A stretch of DNA of 20,776 nt, from the NCBI GenBank assembly GCA_050049995.1, contig JASFVE010000037.1, positions 1 through 20,776 of the forward strand, in the 5' to 3' direction. The DNA is from Chlamydiota bacterium. GTDB lineage: Bacteria; Chlamydiota; Chlamydiia; Chlamydiales; SM23-39. How positions within the stretch are numbered: the first letter of the stretch is position 1; each line of letters opens with the position of its first letter. Below are positions 1 to 9,091 of this stretch, piece after piece. The translations under genes and the position numbers were made by a program. The notes under the pieces are model-generated. The model ran no database searches. It saw only the letters and a program-made list of their open reading frames with translations, and was not told the DNA's origin.

Positions 1-553
1 GCTTGAAGATATTCTCTTAGCAAAAGAGGAACTTCCTGATTTCGTTATAGAGTTTTTAAATGAGTATGATTCGAAAGAAGATCGAATTAAATATTTTTCT
101 AAGTTAATGAGCGATTTTTACCGAGTCTTTTCTTCTCGGTACTTAGGGTTTTTACACAAATATTTTTCTTTTGAAAGAAAGCTTCGTCTTTCTTTGGTAG
201 CCTTAAGGTCAAAGTATGCCAAGCTATCCTTAGAAAAGCAGCTTCAATTTGAAGAACCAACAGACCCATTTGTCGCTTTTTTATTGGCTCAAAAAGATAG
301 TGAAAACCTTGAACTTGATAGTGAGTTTGCAGGCCTTAAAGAAATATTTAATGAGAATATAGAAAATCCTTTGCGTCTGCAAAAAGCAATTTTAGAATAC
401 CGAATGCATTTTTTAGAAGAGGTAGCTGTTGAGCATCCTTTTTCTATAGATGAAATTTTAGGCTATTACATTCGCCTTTTAATAGTAGAAAACTGGCAAA
501 AACTTAATGCCGAAGAAGGAAAAAACCAATTAGATCAACTAGTTAGAGAATAA
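1..553 (+). CDS. DUF2764-family protein (V-type ATPase subunit C-like), 5'-truncated by the window edge
   Basis: Frame 2 is open from base 2 (LEDILLAKEELPDF...), so the ORF-track ATG at 107 is internal. It lies directly upstream of atpA (stop 553, start 556). The C-terminus 'PFSIDEILGYYIRLLIVENW...EEG' fits DUF2764 proteins, which sit between subunits E and A in chlamydial, spirochaete and Bacteroidota V-ATPase operons. Confidence 0.8.
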   Translation, partial: LEDILLAKEELPDFVIEFLNEYDSKEDRIKYFSKLMSDFYRVFSSRYLGFLHKYFSFERKLRLSLVALRSKYAKLSLEKQLQFEEPTDPFVAFLLAQKDSENLELDSEFAGLKEIFNENIENPLRLQKAILEYRMHFLEEVAVEHPFSIDEILGYYIRLLIVENWQKLNAEEGKNQLDQLVRE

Positions 554-555
554 TT

Positions 556-2322
556 ATGCAAAATCAAAATCTTGGAAAAGGAACTGTTTTAAAAGCACTG
601 GGAAACCTTCTACAGGTTCGGTTTGAAGGAAACATTAGACAGGGTGAAATGTCTTTAATCAAGGTTGATGAGGATCATTTATCAGCTGAAGTAATAGAGG
701 TTGTTGGAGATGAAGTAAAACTTCAGGTTTTTGAAGATACAACTGGAGTTAAGTTAGGATCTTCGGTTGAATTCCTGGGTCATTTATTAGAAGCAGAGCT
801 GGGGCCTGGTTTATTGACTACCGTTTATGATGGCTTGCAGAACCCTTTAGAAAAAGTAGCTGAGAAAACTGGTCTGTATCTTAAAAGAGGTGTGTACCTT
901 AAACCGATTGATAGGGATGTTAAGTGGGAGTTTACGCCGAAATGTGAAGTGAACCAATCCGTACAAAAAGGTGACCTATTAGGAACTGTCAAAGAAGGAC
1001 ATTTTGAACATAAAATTATGGTTCCTTTTCAACAGTATGGCTCTTACACAGTTACTTGGGTTGCAAAGCAAGGCTCTTATACGGTTGAGGAGACCCTAGT
1101 TAAGGCAAAAGATGAAAAAGGTAATGAAGTTTCTTTTAATATGCTTCAAAAGTGGCCTGTCAAAACACCGTTAATTCATGGTAAGAAGGTTAAACCTTCG
1201 GAAATGATGGATACGGGGCTTAGAATTTTAGATACGCAGTTTCCTGTTTTAAAGGGGGGAACCTTTTGTTCACCTGGACCTTTTGGTGCTGGCAAAACTG
1301 TGTTGCAACACCACTTATCAAAGTATTCTTCCGTTGACATTGTGATCGTGGTTGCTTGCGGGGAAAGAGCCGGAGAAGTAGTTGAAATGTTGAAAACTTT
1401 TCCAGAGCTTACTGATGCAAGGACGTCAGAGCCTTTAATGAATAGAACTGTCATCATTTGTAACACTTCCTCTATGCCTGTTGCTGCAAGGGAAGCATCG
1501 GTTTATATGGGAGCTACTATCGCTGAATATTATAGGCAAATGGGACTTGATGTATTACTGCTTGCTGATTCAACTTCTAGATGGGCGCAAGCTATGAGGG
1601 AAATGTCAGGAAGGCTAGAGGAAATTCCAGGAGAGGAAGCTTTCCCTGCTTATCTAGCTTCAAGAATAGCTTCATTTTATGAAAGATCAGGTGTTATCCA
1701 GCTTCCAGATGGAGAAGAAGGTTCCCTTACAATTGGTGGTAGTGTATCGCCCGCTGGAGGTAACTTTGAAGAGCCTGTAACACAATCCTCTCTTTCAGTT
1801 GTTGGCGCTTTTCATGGCCTGTCAAGGGCCAGATCAGATGCTAGAAGGTATCCAGCCGTTGATCCTCTTATTTCATGGTCAAAATATATCGACAGTGTTG
1901 GAGAAGAGCTCAACCAGAAGTTAGAACATTGGGCAAGTAAAGTTAAAAAGGGGCTAAAGTTCTTGGTAGATGGGGATGAAATTGGAAAAAGAATGGAAGT
2001 TGTTGGAGAAGAAGGGATTTCTATTGATGATATGATTATTTATCTAAAAGCGGAGCTATACGATATCTCTTATCTTCAACAAAATGCTTTTGACAAAGAA
2101 GATGCATTCTGTCCCTTAGAAAGACAGGTTGAGCTTTTTCAGTTAGTTCAGGAAATTTTTGATACACATTTTGTTTTTGACTCTCACGATGAAGCTAGAT
2201 CATTTTTCTTGTTTTTGCAAAATCTCATCAAAAATACAAACTATCTTCCTTATGGATCTAATGAATATAAAAACAACTTCCGAGAAATTAAGGAAAAAAT
2301 ACAAGAAGCGAGGCACTCATGA
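556..2322 (+). CDS. atpA: V/A-type ATP synthase subunit A (catalytic)
   Basis: 588 aa. Walker [55 protein letters not shown] and [14 protein letters not shown] motifs. Confidence 0.97.
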   Translation: MQNQNLGKGTVLKALGNLLQVRFEGNIRQGEMSLIKVDEDHLSAEVIEVVGDEVKLQVFEDTTGVKLGSSVEFLGHLLEAELGPGLLTTVYDGLQNPLEKVAEKTGLYLKRGVYLKPIDRDVKWEFTPKCEVNQSVQKGDLLGTVKEGHFEHKIMVPFQQYGSYTVTWVAKQGSYTVEETLVKAKDEKGNEVSFNMLQKWPVKTPLIHGKKVKPSEMMDTGLRILDTQFPVLKGGTFCSPGPFGAGKTVLQHHLSKYSSVDIVIVVACGERAGEVVEMLKTFPELTDARTSEPLMNRTVIICNTSSMPVAAREASVYMGATIAEYYRQMGLDVLLLADSTSRWAQAMREMSGRLEEIPGEEAFPAYLASRIASFYERSGVIQLPDGEEGSLTIGGSVSPAGGNFEEPVTQSSLSVVGAFHGLSRARSDARRYPAVDPLISWSKYIDSVGEELNQKLEHWASKVKKGLKFLVDGDEIGKRMEVVGEEGISIDDMIIYLKAELYDISYLQQNAFDKEDAFCPLERQVELFQLVQEIFDTHFVFDSHDEARSFFLFLQNLIKNTNYLPYGSNEYKNNFREIKEKIQEARHS

Positions 2323-3623
2323 GAAAAGTTTATGATCGAATTTTAGATATTCGTGGAAACCTCATAACAGTTGCAGCAGATCGGGTTAGTTTAGGAGAGC
2401 TTGCTATTGTTGAGAAATTCAATGGACAAAAAGTTTATGCTTCCGTTTTGCGTTTTGATGATGAAATGGTGACATTGCAAGTTTTTGAAAATGCTAGAGG
2501 GATATCAACTGGAGATAAGGTAACTTTTTTAGGACATCCCATGAGGACCCCCTTTGGAAAGTCTCTTTTAGGAAGAAGGTTAAATGGGCAAGGACAACCT
2601 ATTGATGGCGGGCCATCTATAGTTGAAGAAGAGATTCAAATCAACGCTCCTTCCTTCAATCCGACAAAGAGAGTGGTTCCAAAAGATCTAGTCCGAACGA
2701 ATATCCCTATGATTGATGTCTTTAACTGCCTTGTTAAATCTCAAAAAATACCGATTTTTTCCATTGCAGGAGAGCCTTATAATCCACTTTTGATGAGAAT
2801 TGCTAACCAAACAGATGCAGATGTTGTTGTAATTGGTGGAATGGGGCTTAGGTTTGATGACTATCAAGCGTTTATTGACAATGCAGAAAAAGCAGGATCG
2901 ATGGAAAAAACTGTTATGTTTATTCATAGAGCAACTGATTCTCCAGTTGAGTGCTTGTTAGTTCCTGATATGGCATTAGCCTGCGCTGAAAAATTTGCCT
3001 CTGAGAATAAAAATGTACTAGTTCTTCTTACTGATATGAGCGCATTTGCCGATTCAATTAAAGAAATATCGATAACAATGGATCAGATTCCTTCTAATAG
3101 GGGATACCCTGGTTCTTTATATTCAGATTTAGCTTTTAGATATGAAAAGGCTGTAGATATTGAAGGTAGCGGATCTATTACATTAATTTCAGTGACTACT
3201 ATGCCAGGAGGAGATGTAACCCATCCTATTCCTGATAATACAGGATATATTACTGAAGGACAGTTCTATTTACATGATGGTGTGATCGATCCATTTGGGT
3301 CATTATCAAGGCTTAAACAGCAAGTAATAGGTAAAGTGACAAGGGAAGACCATGGAGATCTTGCCAATACTATGATCAGGCTGTATGCGGATTCCAAAAA
3401 AGCGCGTGAGCGACAGTCAATGGGATTCAGGCTTTCTAAGTGGGATGAAAAACTCCTTCATTACTGTGACCTTTTTGAAAATAGAATGATGAATTTGGAT
3501 GTGAATATATCTTTAGAAGAAGCCCTCGATTTAGGTTGGAAAACTTTAGGTGAGTGCTTTTCATCTGAAGAAGTAGGCATTAAACAAAAATACGTTGATA
3601 AATACTGGCCCAAAGAAAGTTAA
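2319..3623 (+). CDS. atpB: V/A-type ATP synthase subunit B (non-catalytic)
   Basis: 434 aa. [27 protein letters not shown] and [15 protein letters not shown] motifs; no intact P-loop. ATGA overlap with atpA. Confidence 0.97.
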   Translation: MRKVYDRILDIRGNLITVAADRVSLGELAIVEKFNGQKVYASVLRFDDEMVTLQVFENARGISTGDKVTFLGHPMRTPFGKSLLGRRLNGQGQPIDGGPSIVEEEIQINAPSFNPTKRVVPKDLVRTNIPMIDVFNCLVKSQKIPIFSIAGEPYNPLLMRIANQTDADVVVIGGMGLRFDDYQAFIDNAEKAGSMEKTVMFIHRATDSPVECLLVPDMALACAEKFASENKNVLVLLTDMSAFADSIKEISITMDQIPSNRGYPGSLYSDLAFRYEKAVDIEGSGSITLISVTTMPGGDVTHPIPDNTGYITEGQFYLHDGVIDPFGSLSRLKQQVIGKVTREDHGDLANTMIRLYADSKKARERQSMGFRLSKWDEKLLHYCDLFENRMMNLDVNISLEEALDLGWKTLGECFSSEEVGIKQKYVDKYWPKES

Positions 3624-3626
3624 TTT

Positions 3627-4235
3627 ATGGCGCAAATTAAACTTACTAAAGCAGAGCTTAGGACCCAGCAGATCAAATTGAATCAGCTGGAAAGATATTT
3701 ACCCACTTTGCAGCTTAAAAAAGCCATGCTTCAGCTAGAGATCAACCAAGCAAGTATTGAGTTGGAAAAATCTCAAAATGAACTCAATAAGCATAAAAAG
3801 GCTGCAGAAGAATTTAGTTCTCTTTTAGCTGAAAAGGTGAGCTGCAATCCTATTTTCTTAAGTCAGGTAAAACAAGTTTATAAGGACTACGAAAATATTG
3901 CTGGTGTTGAAATACCTACTTTTCAAGGGGTTGATTTCTTAAACCCGGAGTATTTTTTATTTGAGACTCCTGTGTGGACTGATTCTGTAGTAAATAAGAT
4001 TAAAAGCATGATTGAAGCAAAAGAAAAGCTAAATATTGTGCATGAAAAAAAAAGAGCACTAGAAGAGGAGCTTCGAGAAGTTTCTATTCGAGTGAACTTG
4101 TTTGAAAAAGTTCTTATTCCAAGGTCTAAAGAGAACATAAAGAAAATTAAAATATTTTTAGGTGACCAGCAACTGGCAGAAATTGCGCAGGCTAAAGTTG
4201 CTAAAGCAAAAATTAACGCTAAGAAAGAAGTATGA
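3627..4235 (+). CDS. atpD: V/A-type ATP synthase subunit D (central stalk)
   Basis: 202 aa, coiled-coil. 'LTKAEL...LPTLQLKK' and 'SIRVNLFEKVLIP' motifs; position after subunit B. Confidence 0.95.
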   Translation: MAQIKLTKAELRTQQIKLNQLERYLPTLQLKKAMLQLEINQASIELEKSQNELNKHKKAAEEFSSLLAEKVSCNPIFLSQVKQVYKDYENIAGVEIPTFQGVDFLNPEYFLFETPVWTDSVVNKIKSMIEAKEKLNIVHEKKRALEEELREVSIRVNLFEKVLIPRSKENIKKIKIFLGDQQLAEIAQAKVAKAKINAKKEV

Positions 4236-6139
4236 TTATCAACGTTAAAAAATATCTGGTCTTTGGCTCTAAAGATGAGATACAAAAATTTTTCAAAGAT
4301 GCCCAAAAAGCCGGTTTCATAGAATTCATTCAAAAAAAACCAAAATCTAAAGAAGTATCTAACAACGTTAGTAACTTGCTCAATGCAATTAAAGTCTTAA
4401 AAAAACAGCCTGTAGCTGAACAGGCAACTCCTCTTTTGGATCCTCTTTCACTTGCTGTGAGAATTAATCATGACCAGACTAGCCTACATCAATTAGAAGA
4501 AGAAGTTAGGTATATAAAATCTGAAATAGCTCGCATAACTCCTTTTGAAGATTTTCCTTTAGAGAAAGTACAAGCCTTAAAAGAAGAAGCAAATAGAATC
4601 GTTCAGTTTCTAGCTATGAAAAGCGAAAAGGCTAAAGATACTAAACTTCCTCCTGAAGTCATTTATATTAGCTCAGCTTATGACCTGGATTACTTTATAG
4701 CCATCAATAAGGATAAAAAAAATTATCCTAATATGATTGAAATGCAAATTGATCAATCCATTAGTACTCTTAATTATCGATTAGAATATTGCTATAAAAA
4801 AATTCAAGAAACTGAAAAACAGTTAAAAGAAAATGCGGCTTACCTTCCTTCTTTAAGAGAAGAGTTGAAAAAAGAGTTAAATGCTCAGCATTTACATGAT
4901 GCTAAAAATGGGGCTGATTATGTTATGAGCTCATCTTTATTTTCCATTCAGGCTTGGATTCCACAAAATAAGATCGAAGCTTTTAAAGGTCTGACTAAAA
5001 ATTTACTGGTAGATTTTGAAGAAATCAAAGTAGAAAAAAAAGATAGAAAGCCAACTTATATGGAAAACAAGGGTTGGTCAAAGGTTGGCGAAGACCTGGT
5101 TCATATTTATGACACACCAGACGTTTCGGATAAAGACCCATCTACCTGGATTTTAGTTTTCTTTGCTATTTTCTTCGCAATGATTGTTTCAGATGCAGGT
5201 TATGGGCTCTTATATTTAGCCTTAGGTCTTTTTATTAAATTTAAATTCCCTAACTTAAAAGGAATGGGAAAAAGATTTGTCAAACTTATTCTACTATTAG
5301 CTACTTGTTGTATTGCCTGGGGAACTCTTACGGCTTCTTTTTTTGGTATGGACATTGGACCTGAAAATCCTTTTAGAAAATTTTCGGTACTTCACTTTTT
5401 GGCTAAAGAAAAAACAGAGTACCATATGCAGCAAAAAGATGACGTTTACTACTACTGGCTTGGAAAATTTCCTAACTTGAAAACGGCTGAAAATGGTCAT
5501 GAGTTTATGACAAAAGCTGTGAGTTATAAGGAAGATAAAGTAGAGTATGAAAGCCTCACAAAATTTTATGATAATATCTTGATGGAATTTTCCATTTTGA
5601 TGGGAGTTATTCATTTAATTCTTTCATTTTTGCGGTATCTACCCAGAAACTGGTCAGGTGCAGGATGGATATTATTTATGATTGGAGGGTATCTTTACTT
5701 TCCCTCGCAACTTAATGCAACAACCTTTGTTAACTTTTTACACATTTTAGATAAGCCTACTGCCTATTTGATAGGTGAGTATCTAGTTTATGCAGGGATT
5801 GGTCTGGCATGTGTTTTAAGTTTTATTCAAAGAGGATTTGGAGCAGGCTTGTCAGAGTTGATGAATGTTGTTCAAGTTTTTGCTGATGTATTGTCTTACT
5901 TACGTTTATATGCCCTTGCTTTAGCTGGAATGATTATGGGATCTACCTTTAATGATATTGGAATTTCCATGGGGTTAGGTGTAGGGTTTATCGTTATAAT
6001 TATCGGTCATGTAGTTAATATCGTTTTAGGAATTATGGGGGGCGTTATTCACGGTCTTCGTCTTAATTTCTTGGAGTGGTATCACTACAGCTTCGAAGGG
6101 GGAGGAAGACGATTTTCCCCACTCAAGTTATTGAAATAA
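4232..6139 (+). CDS. atpI: V/A-type ATP synthase subunit I (a)
   Basis: 635 aa. Soluble N-terminal half and hydrophobic C-terminal half. FFAMIVSDAGYG, 'DVLSYLRLYALALA' (essential Arg) and 'IHGLRLNFLEW' motifs. ATGA overlap with atpD. Confidence 0.95.
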   Translation: MIINVKKYLVFGSKDEIQKFFKDAQKAGFIEFIQKKPKSKEVSNNVSNLLNAIKVLKKQPVAEQATPLLDPLSLAVRINHDQTSLHQLEEEVRYIKSEIARITPFEDFPLEKVQALKEEANRIVQFLAMKSEKAKDTKLPPEVIYISSAYDLDYFIAINKDKKNYPNMIEMQIDQSISTLNYRLEYCYKKIQETEKQLKENAAYLPSLREELKKELNAQHLHDAKNGADYVMSSSLFSIQAWIPQNKIEAFKGLTKNLLVDFEEIKVEKKDRKPTYMENKGWSKVGEDLVHIYDTPDVSDKDPSTWILVFFAIFFAMIVSDAGYGLLYLALGLFIKFKFPNLKGMGKRFVKLILLLATCCIAWGTLTASFFGMDIGPENPFRKFSVLHFLAKEKTEYHMQQKDDVYYYWLGKFPNLKTAENGHEFMTKAVSYKEDKVEYESLTKFYDNILMEFSILMGVIHLILSFLRYLPRNWSGAGWILFMIGGYLYFPSQLNATTFVNFLHILDKPTAYLIGEYLVYAGIGLACVLSFIQRGFGAGLSELMNVVQVFADVLSYLRLYALALAGMIMGSTFNDIGISMGLGVGFIVIIIGHVVNIVLGIMGGVIHGLRLNFLEWYHYSFEGGGRRFSPLKLLK

Positions 6140-6151
6140 AAAGGAGAAACT

Positions 6152-6574
6152 ATGGATTTTAGTATGATTGGACCAGGCATTGTTTTAGGCCTTGGTTGTT
6201 TAGGAAGTGCGATCGGTTGTGGTATTGCTGGAATGGCTTCACATGGCGTGATGAGCAGAGTGGAAGAAGGTCATGGAAAATTTATCGGACTTTCCGCTGT
6301 GCCTTCATCTCAGTCAATTTATGGATTTGTGTTGATGATCTTGATGAGTAATAGCATTAAAGCAGGCTCCTTATCTCCACTTTCAGGTATAGGTATTGGG
6401 TTTTTTGTAGGCCTTGCTATTATGATCTCAGCCGTTTATCAAGGGCGTTGTGCAGCAACTGCCATTCAAGCCTCTTCTAAGCAACCAGCCATTTTTGGTA
6501 AGACCTTTGCGGCTCTTGGTATAGTTGAGTCGTTTGCTCTTTTTGCCTTCGTCTTTGCGTTGTTAATTATTTAA
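6152..6574 (+). CDS. atpK: V/A-type ATP synthase subunit K (c-ring proteolipid, 4 TM)
   Basis: 140 aa with four hydrophobic helices; PSSQSIYG, YQG and IVESFALF (Glu126). Shine-Dalgarno AAGGAG at 6141-6146. Confidence 0.95.
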   Translation: MDFSMIGPGIVLGLGCLGSAIGCGIAGMASHGVMSRVEEGHGKFIGLSAVPSSQSIYGFVLMILMSNSIKAGSLSPLSGIGIGFFVGLAIMISAVYQGRCAATAIQASSKQPAIFGKTFAALGIVESFALFAFVFALLII

Positions 6575-6603
6575 AGGTAAACTTTTTGTAATTAAATATA
6601 ATT

Positions 6604-6635
6604 AAAGTCACCAAATTGGGTGGCTTTTTTATTTT
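6604..6635 (+). terminator. Rho-independent terminator of the V-ATPase operon
   Basis: Stem AAAGTCACC (6604-6612) / GGTGGCTTT (6619-6627) with one G:U pair and a 6-nt loop. The 3' arm runs into a T-rich tail (TTTTTTATTTT, 6625-6635). It starts about 30 nt after the atpK stop. Confidence 0.8.
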
Positions 6636-6676
6636 AAAGTAAATATTTATCTTTTATTATTAAATAAGAGGTGAAT

Positions 6677-8056
6677 ATGGATGGCAGAATAGAAAAAGAC
6701 TCTCTTGGAGAAGTATCTGTTCCTAAAAAGATGCTTTATGGGGCGCAAACACAAAGATCCTTTGAAAATTTTAAGATTGGAACAGAAAAAATGCCAATCG
6801 AAACCATCCACGCCTTAGTTATCATTAAAAAATCTGCTGCAATTGCGAACTTTGAACTGAACTTTTTACCTGAAGAGAAAAAAGATTTAATTGTTACAGC
6901 TTGTGATGAAGTTTTATCAAACGATTATATAAGTCATTTTCCTTTAGTTGTTTGGCAGACCGGTTCCGGCACGCAAAGCAATATGAATGTCAATGAGGTA
7001 ATTAGTAACTTAAGTATACAAAGATCAGGAGGGGAACTTGGTTCTAAAAAACCCATTCATCCTAATGATGATGTGAACATGAGCCAATCCTCTAATGATG
7101 TCTTCCCATCTGCTATGCATATTTCAGCTACTTTGCTTATCTATGATAAGCTAATTCCTGCCTTAAATATTTTTATGGAAGGGCTAAAACACAAGGAAAA
7201 GGAGTTTAAAGGGGCAATTAAAACTGGTAGAACTCATTTAATGGATGCGGCCCCCCTATCTTTTGAACAAGAGTTTTCAGGGTATCGAGCTCAAATAGAA
7301 CACGTTATGAACTCATTAGAACATTGTCTTAATTACTTATCTGAACTGCCCATAGGTGGCACTGCTGTAGGAACTGGTTTAAATGCTCCAAAGGAATTTA
7401 CAGCTAAAGTAGTAGAAAAAATTAACAAAGAGACTGGTCGACACTTTACTCCATCTCCCAATAAATTTGAGGGGATATCTTCTAAGGGAGCCATTCTAGA
7501 GGCAAGCTCAACCCTTAGGCTGCTGGCCAGTGTTTTGATGAAAATAGCCAATGATATTAGATGGTCTGCATCAGGTCCCCGATGTGGGATAGGAGAGCTT
7601 ATTATTCCAGCAAATGAGCCTGGATCATCGATCATGCCTGGTAAAGTTAATCCAACGCAATGTGAGGCCATGACTATGGTTGCCACACAAGTATATGGCA
7701 ATGATGCAACAATTTCATTTGCGGCAAGTCAGGGCAATTTTCAACTTAACGTTTTTATGCCTGTCATGATTTACAACTTATTGCAGTCTATTCATCTTCT
7801 TTCAGATGTTATGGTTAACTTTTATCAAAAGTGCTTAAAAGGTTTAAAAATACAGCAAGAAAATACGGAAAACCACCTGAAAAACAACCTTATTTTAGCA
7901 ACTGCTTTAAATAGGGAAATTGGGTACGACAATGCTTCGAAAATAGTTAAAAAAGCTGCTAAAGAAAATATTTCTCTAAAAAAAGCGGCCACCGATCTAG
8001 GTATTCTAAGTGCAGAAAAATTTGATGAAATTGTAGATCCTCAAAAAATGATCTAA
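6677..8056 (+). CDS. fumC: Class II fumarate hydratase
   Basis: RIEKDSLG, YGAQTQRS, WQTGSGTQSNMNVNEV, HPNDDVNMSQSSND, GRTHLMDA and signature GSSIMPGKVNPTQCE. I place the start at ATG 6677 because the ORF-track GTG at 6671 is part of the SD-like AAGAGGTG (6666-6673); 6671 remains possible. Confidence 0.95.
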   Translation: MDGRIEKDSLGEVSVPKKMLYGAQTQRSFENFKIGTEKMPIETIHALVIIKKSAAIANFELNFLPEEKKDLIVTACDEVLSNDYISHFPLVVWQTGSGTQSNMNVNEVISNLSIQRSGGELGSKKPIHPNDDVNMSQSSNDVFPSAMHISATLLIYDKLIPALNIFMEGLKHKEKEFKGAIKTGRTHLMDAAPLSFEQEFSGYRAQIEHVMNSLEHCLNYLSELPIGGTAVGTGLNAPKEFTAKVVEKINKETGRHFTPSPNKFEGISSKGAILEASSTLRLLASVLMKIANDIRWSASGPRCGIGELIIPANEPGSSIMPGKVNPTQCEAMTMVATQVYGNDATISFAASQGNFQLNVFMPVMIYNLLQSIHLLSDVMVNFYQKCLKGLKIQQENTENHLKNNLILATALNREIGYDNASKIVKKAAKENISLKKAATDLGILSAEKFDEIVDPQKMI

Positions 8057-8559
8057 GTATTTATGTTCAGTCCGATTCTAGAAAGTACAAATCTAGCTAC
8101 CAAAATAGGATGTAAAAGCAGATTTTTAAAAAGAGCAGTATAATTTACATTTTTTAATTCTTTCCGAATGAGCTCATTTGTTTGCATATTTGCATCTTGA
8201 ATCCACTCAGGATAAGGAGGCGGAATAATTTTAGGAAGACTATTGGTATTAAAAAAACGTATGTCTTTTGTTTCAGGTCCGGTAGTAGGTTGTCCATCCA
8301 ATATTTCAAGTTCATAAAGATGAGTAACCCTAGCAAGTTTGTTGACAGGAGTGTACTCACCAATTTTTCGAACTACTTTACAAATAAGACCTGTCTCTTC
8401 TTGAGTTTCTCTTAAAGCAGCGACTTGTGGTGTTTCGTTTTTTTCAATGCCTCCACCAGGCAGAACCCAAACAGGTATATCTCTTCTTTTGATAAGAAGA
8501 ACCTCTTCTCTTTGCTTAGAAAAAATCACAGTGATAACACTTTCTGCTTGGTTTTTCAT
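8053..8559 (-). CDS. NUDIX-family hydrolase (substrate unknown)
   Basis: Complete Nudix box G-GIEKN-E-TPQVAAL-RE-TQ-EE-TGL, preceded by VLLIKRRD...WVLPGG. Its stop overlaps the fumC stop by 4 nt (convergent). Confidence 0.9.
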   Translation of the reverse strand: MKNQAESVITVIFSKQREEVLLIKRRDIPVWVLPGGGIEKNETPQVAALRETQEETGLICKVVRKIGEYTPVNKLARVTHLYELEILDGQPTTGPETKDIRFFNTNSLPKIIPPPYPEWIQDANMQTNELIRKELKNVNYTALFKNLLLHPILVARFVLSRIGLNINT

Positions 8560-8582
8560 TAATTAACTTTATAATTTCCATT
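8548..8582. promoter_or_regulatory. Putative bidirectional sigma70/sigma66-type promoter (overlapping -10 boxes) for two leaderless genes
   Basis: + strand: TTGGTT (8548-8553), 16 nt, TATAAT (8570-8575), 7 nt, ATG 8583. - strand: TAAAGT (8571-8566), 6 nt, ATG 8559. No SD in front of either gene. Confidence 0.5.
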
Positions 8583-8999
8583 ATGAGAATGTTTTTAATA
8601 ATAGCACTTATTTTATTTAATGGGTGTCAAAAAACTTACCTGACTGTACAGCAAAAGTGGATTGATCGAGAAACTCTTGCTTCTACTTTTGTAGGTTCTC
8701 CAGATCCTTTACAAAAAGATTTTCCTTATGGAAAAAAAGTATTAATAGGATGGGATTTTCCCTTAAGTGTCTACAACAAAAAACCTTATTTATTATTTAC
8801 TGTTAGGCTTTGGGATCAAACTGAACATACTTATCGCTATGAGATAGACCAAAAAAGGGGATTTGCTGCTATGTTTTTATCAGAGAAAGACCCCGCTAAA
8901 AAACTACTTACCTACAAGATCGATATTTTAGATAAAGAGGAAAACATACTTGAAGTTTGGGAGCATCAGTTCTGGGTTGAGCTCATAACCTCAAATTGA
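8583..8999 (+). CDS. Small conserved hypothetical lipoprotein (chlamydial type)
   Basis: 138 aa. Signal peptide MRMFLIIALILFNG-C with lipobox-like Cys15, then 'LASTFVGSPDP' and C-terminal 'WEHQFWVELI'. From memory it resembles the lipoprotein found next to atpK in chlamydiae (not verified). Confidence 0.7.
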   Translation: MRMFLIIALILFNGCQKTYLTVQQKWIDRETLASTFVGSPDPLQKDFPYGKKVLIGWDFPLSVYNKKPYLLFTVRLWDQTEHTYRYEIDQKRGFAAMFLSEKDPAKKLLTYKIDILDKEENILEVWEHQFWVELITSN

Positions 9000-9091
9000 A
9001 TTTTTTTTATCCTTAGCGTTTTGTCTTGTTACTGTTGATAATATTATTTAGTTTTTGAATGATGCAGTAAAGTTCAAAAAACCCATAAAAA

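Noticed and set aside
6633..6660. Possible fumC promoter TTTAAA-16-TATTAT, and similar -10-like hexamers upstream of the CCC, AGCS and ankyrin genes
   Set aside because: Such matches are expected by chance in very AT-rich intergenic DNA; there is no independent support.
8990..9012. T8 tract after the lipoprotein stop as a terminator
   Set aside because: No convincing GC-rich stem precedes it.
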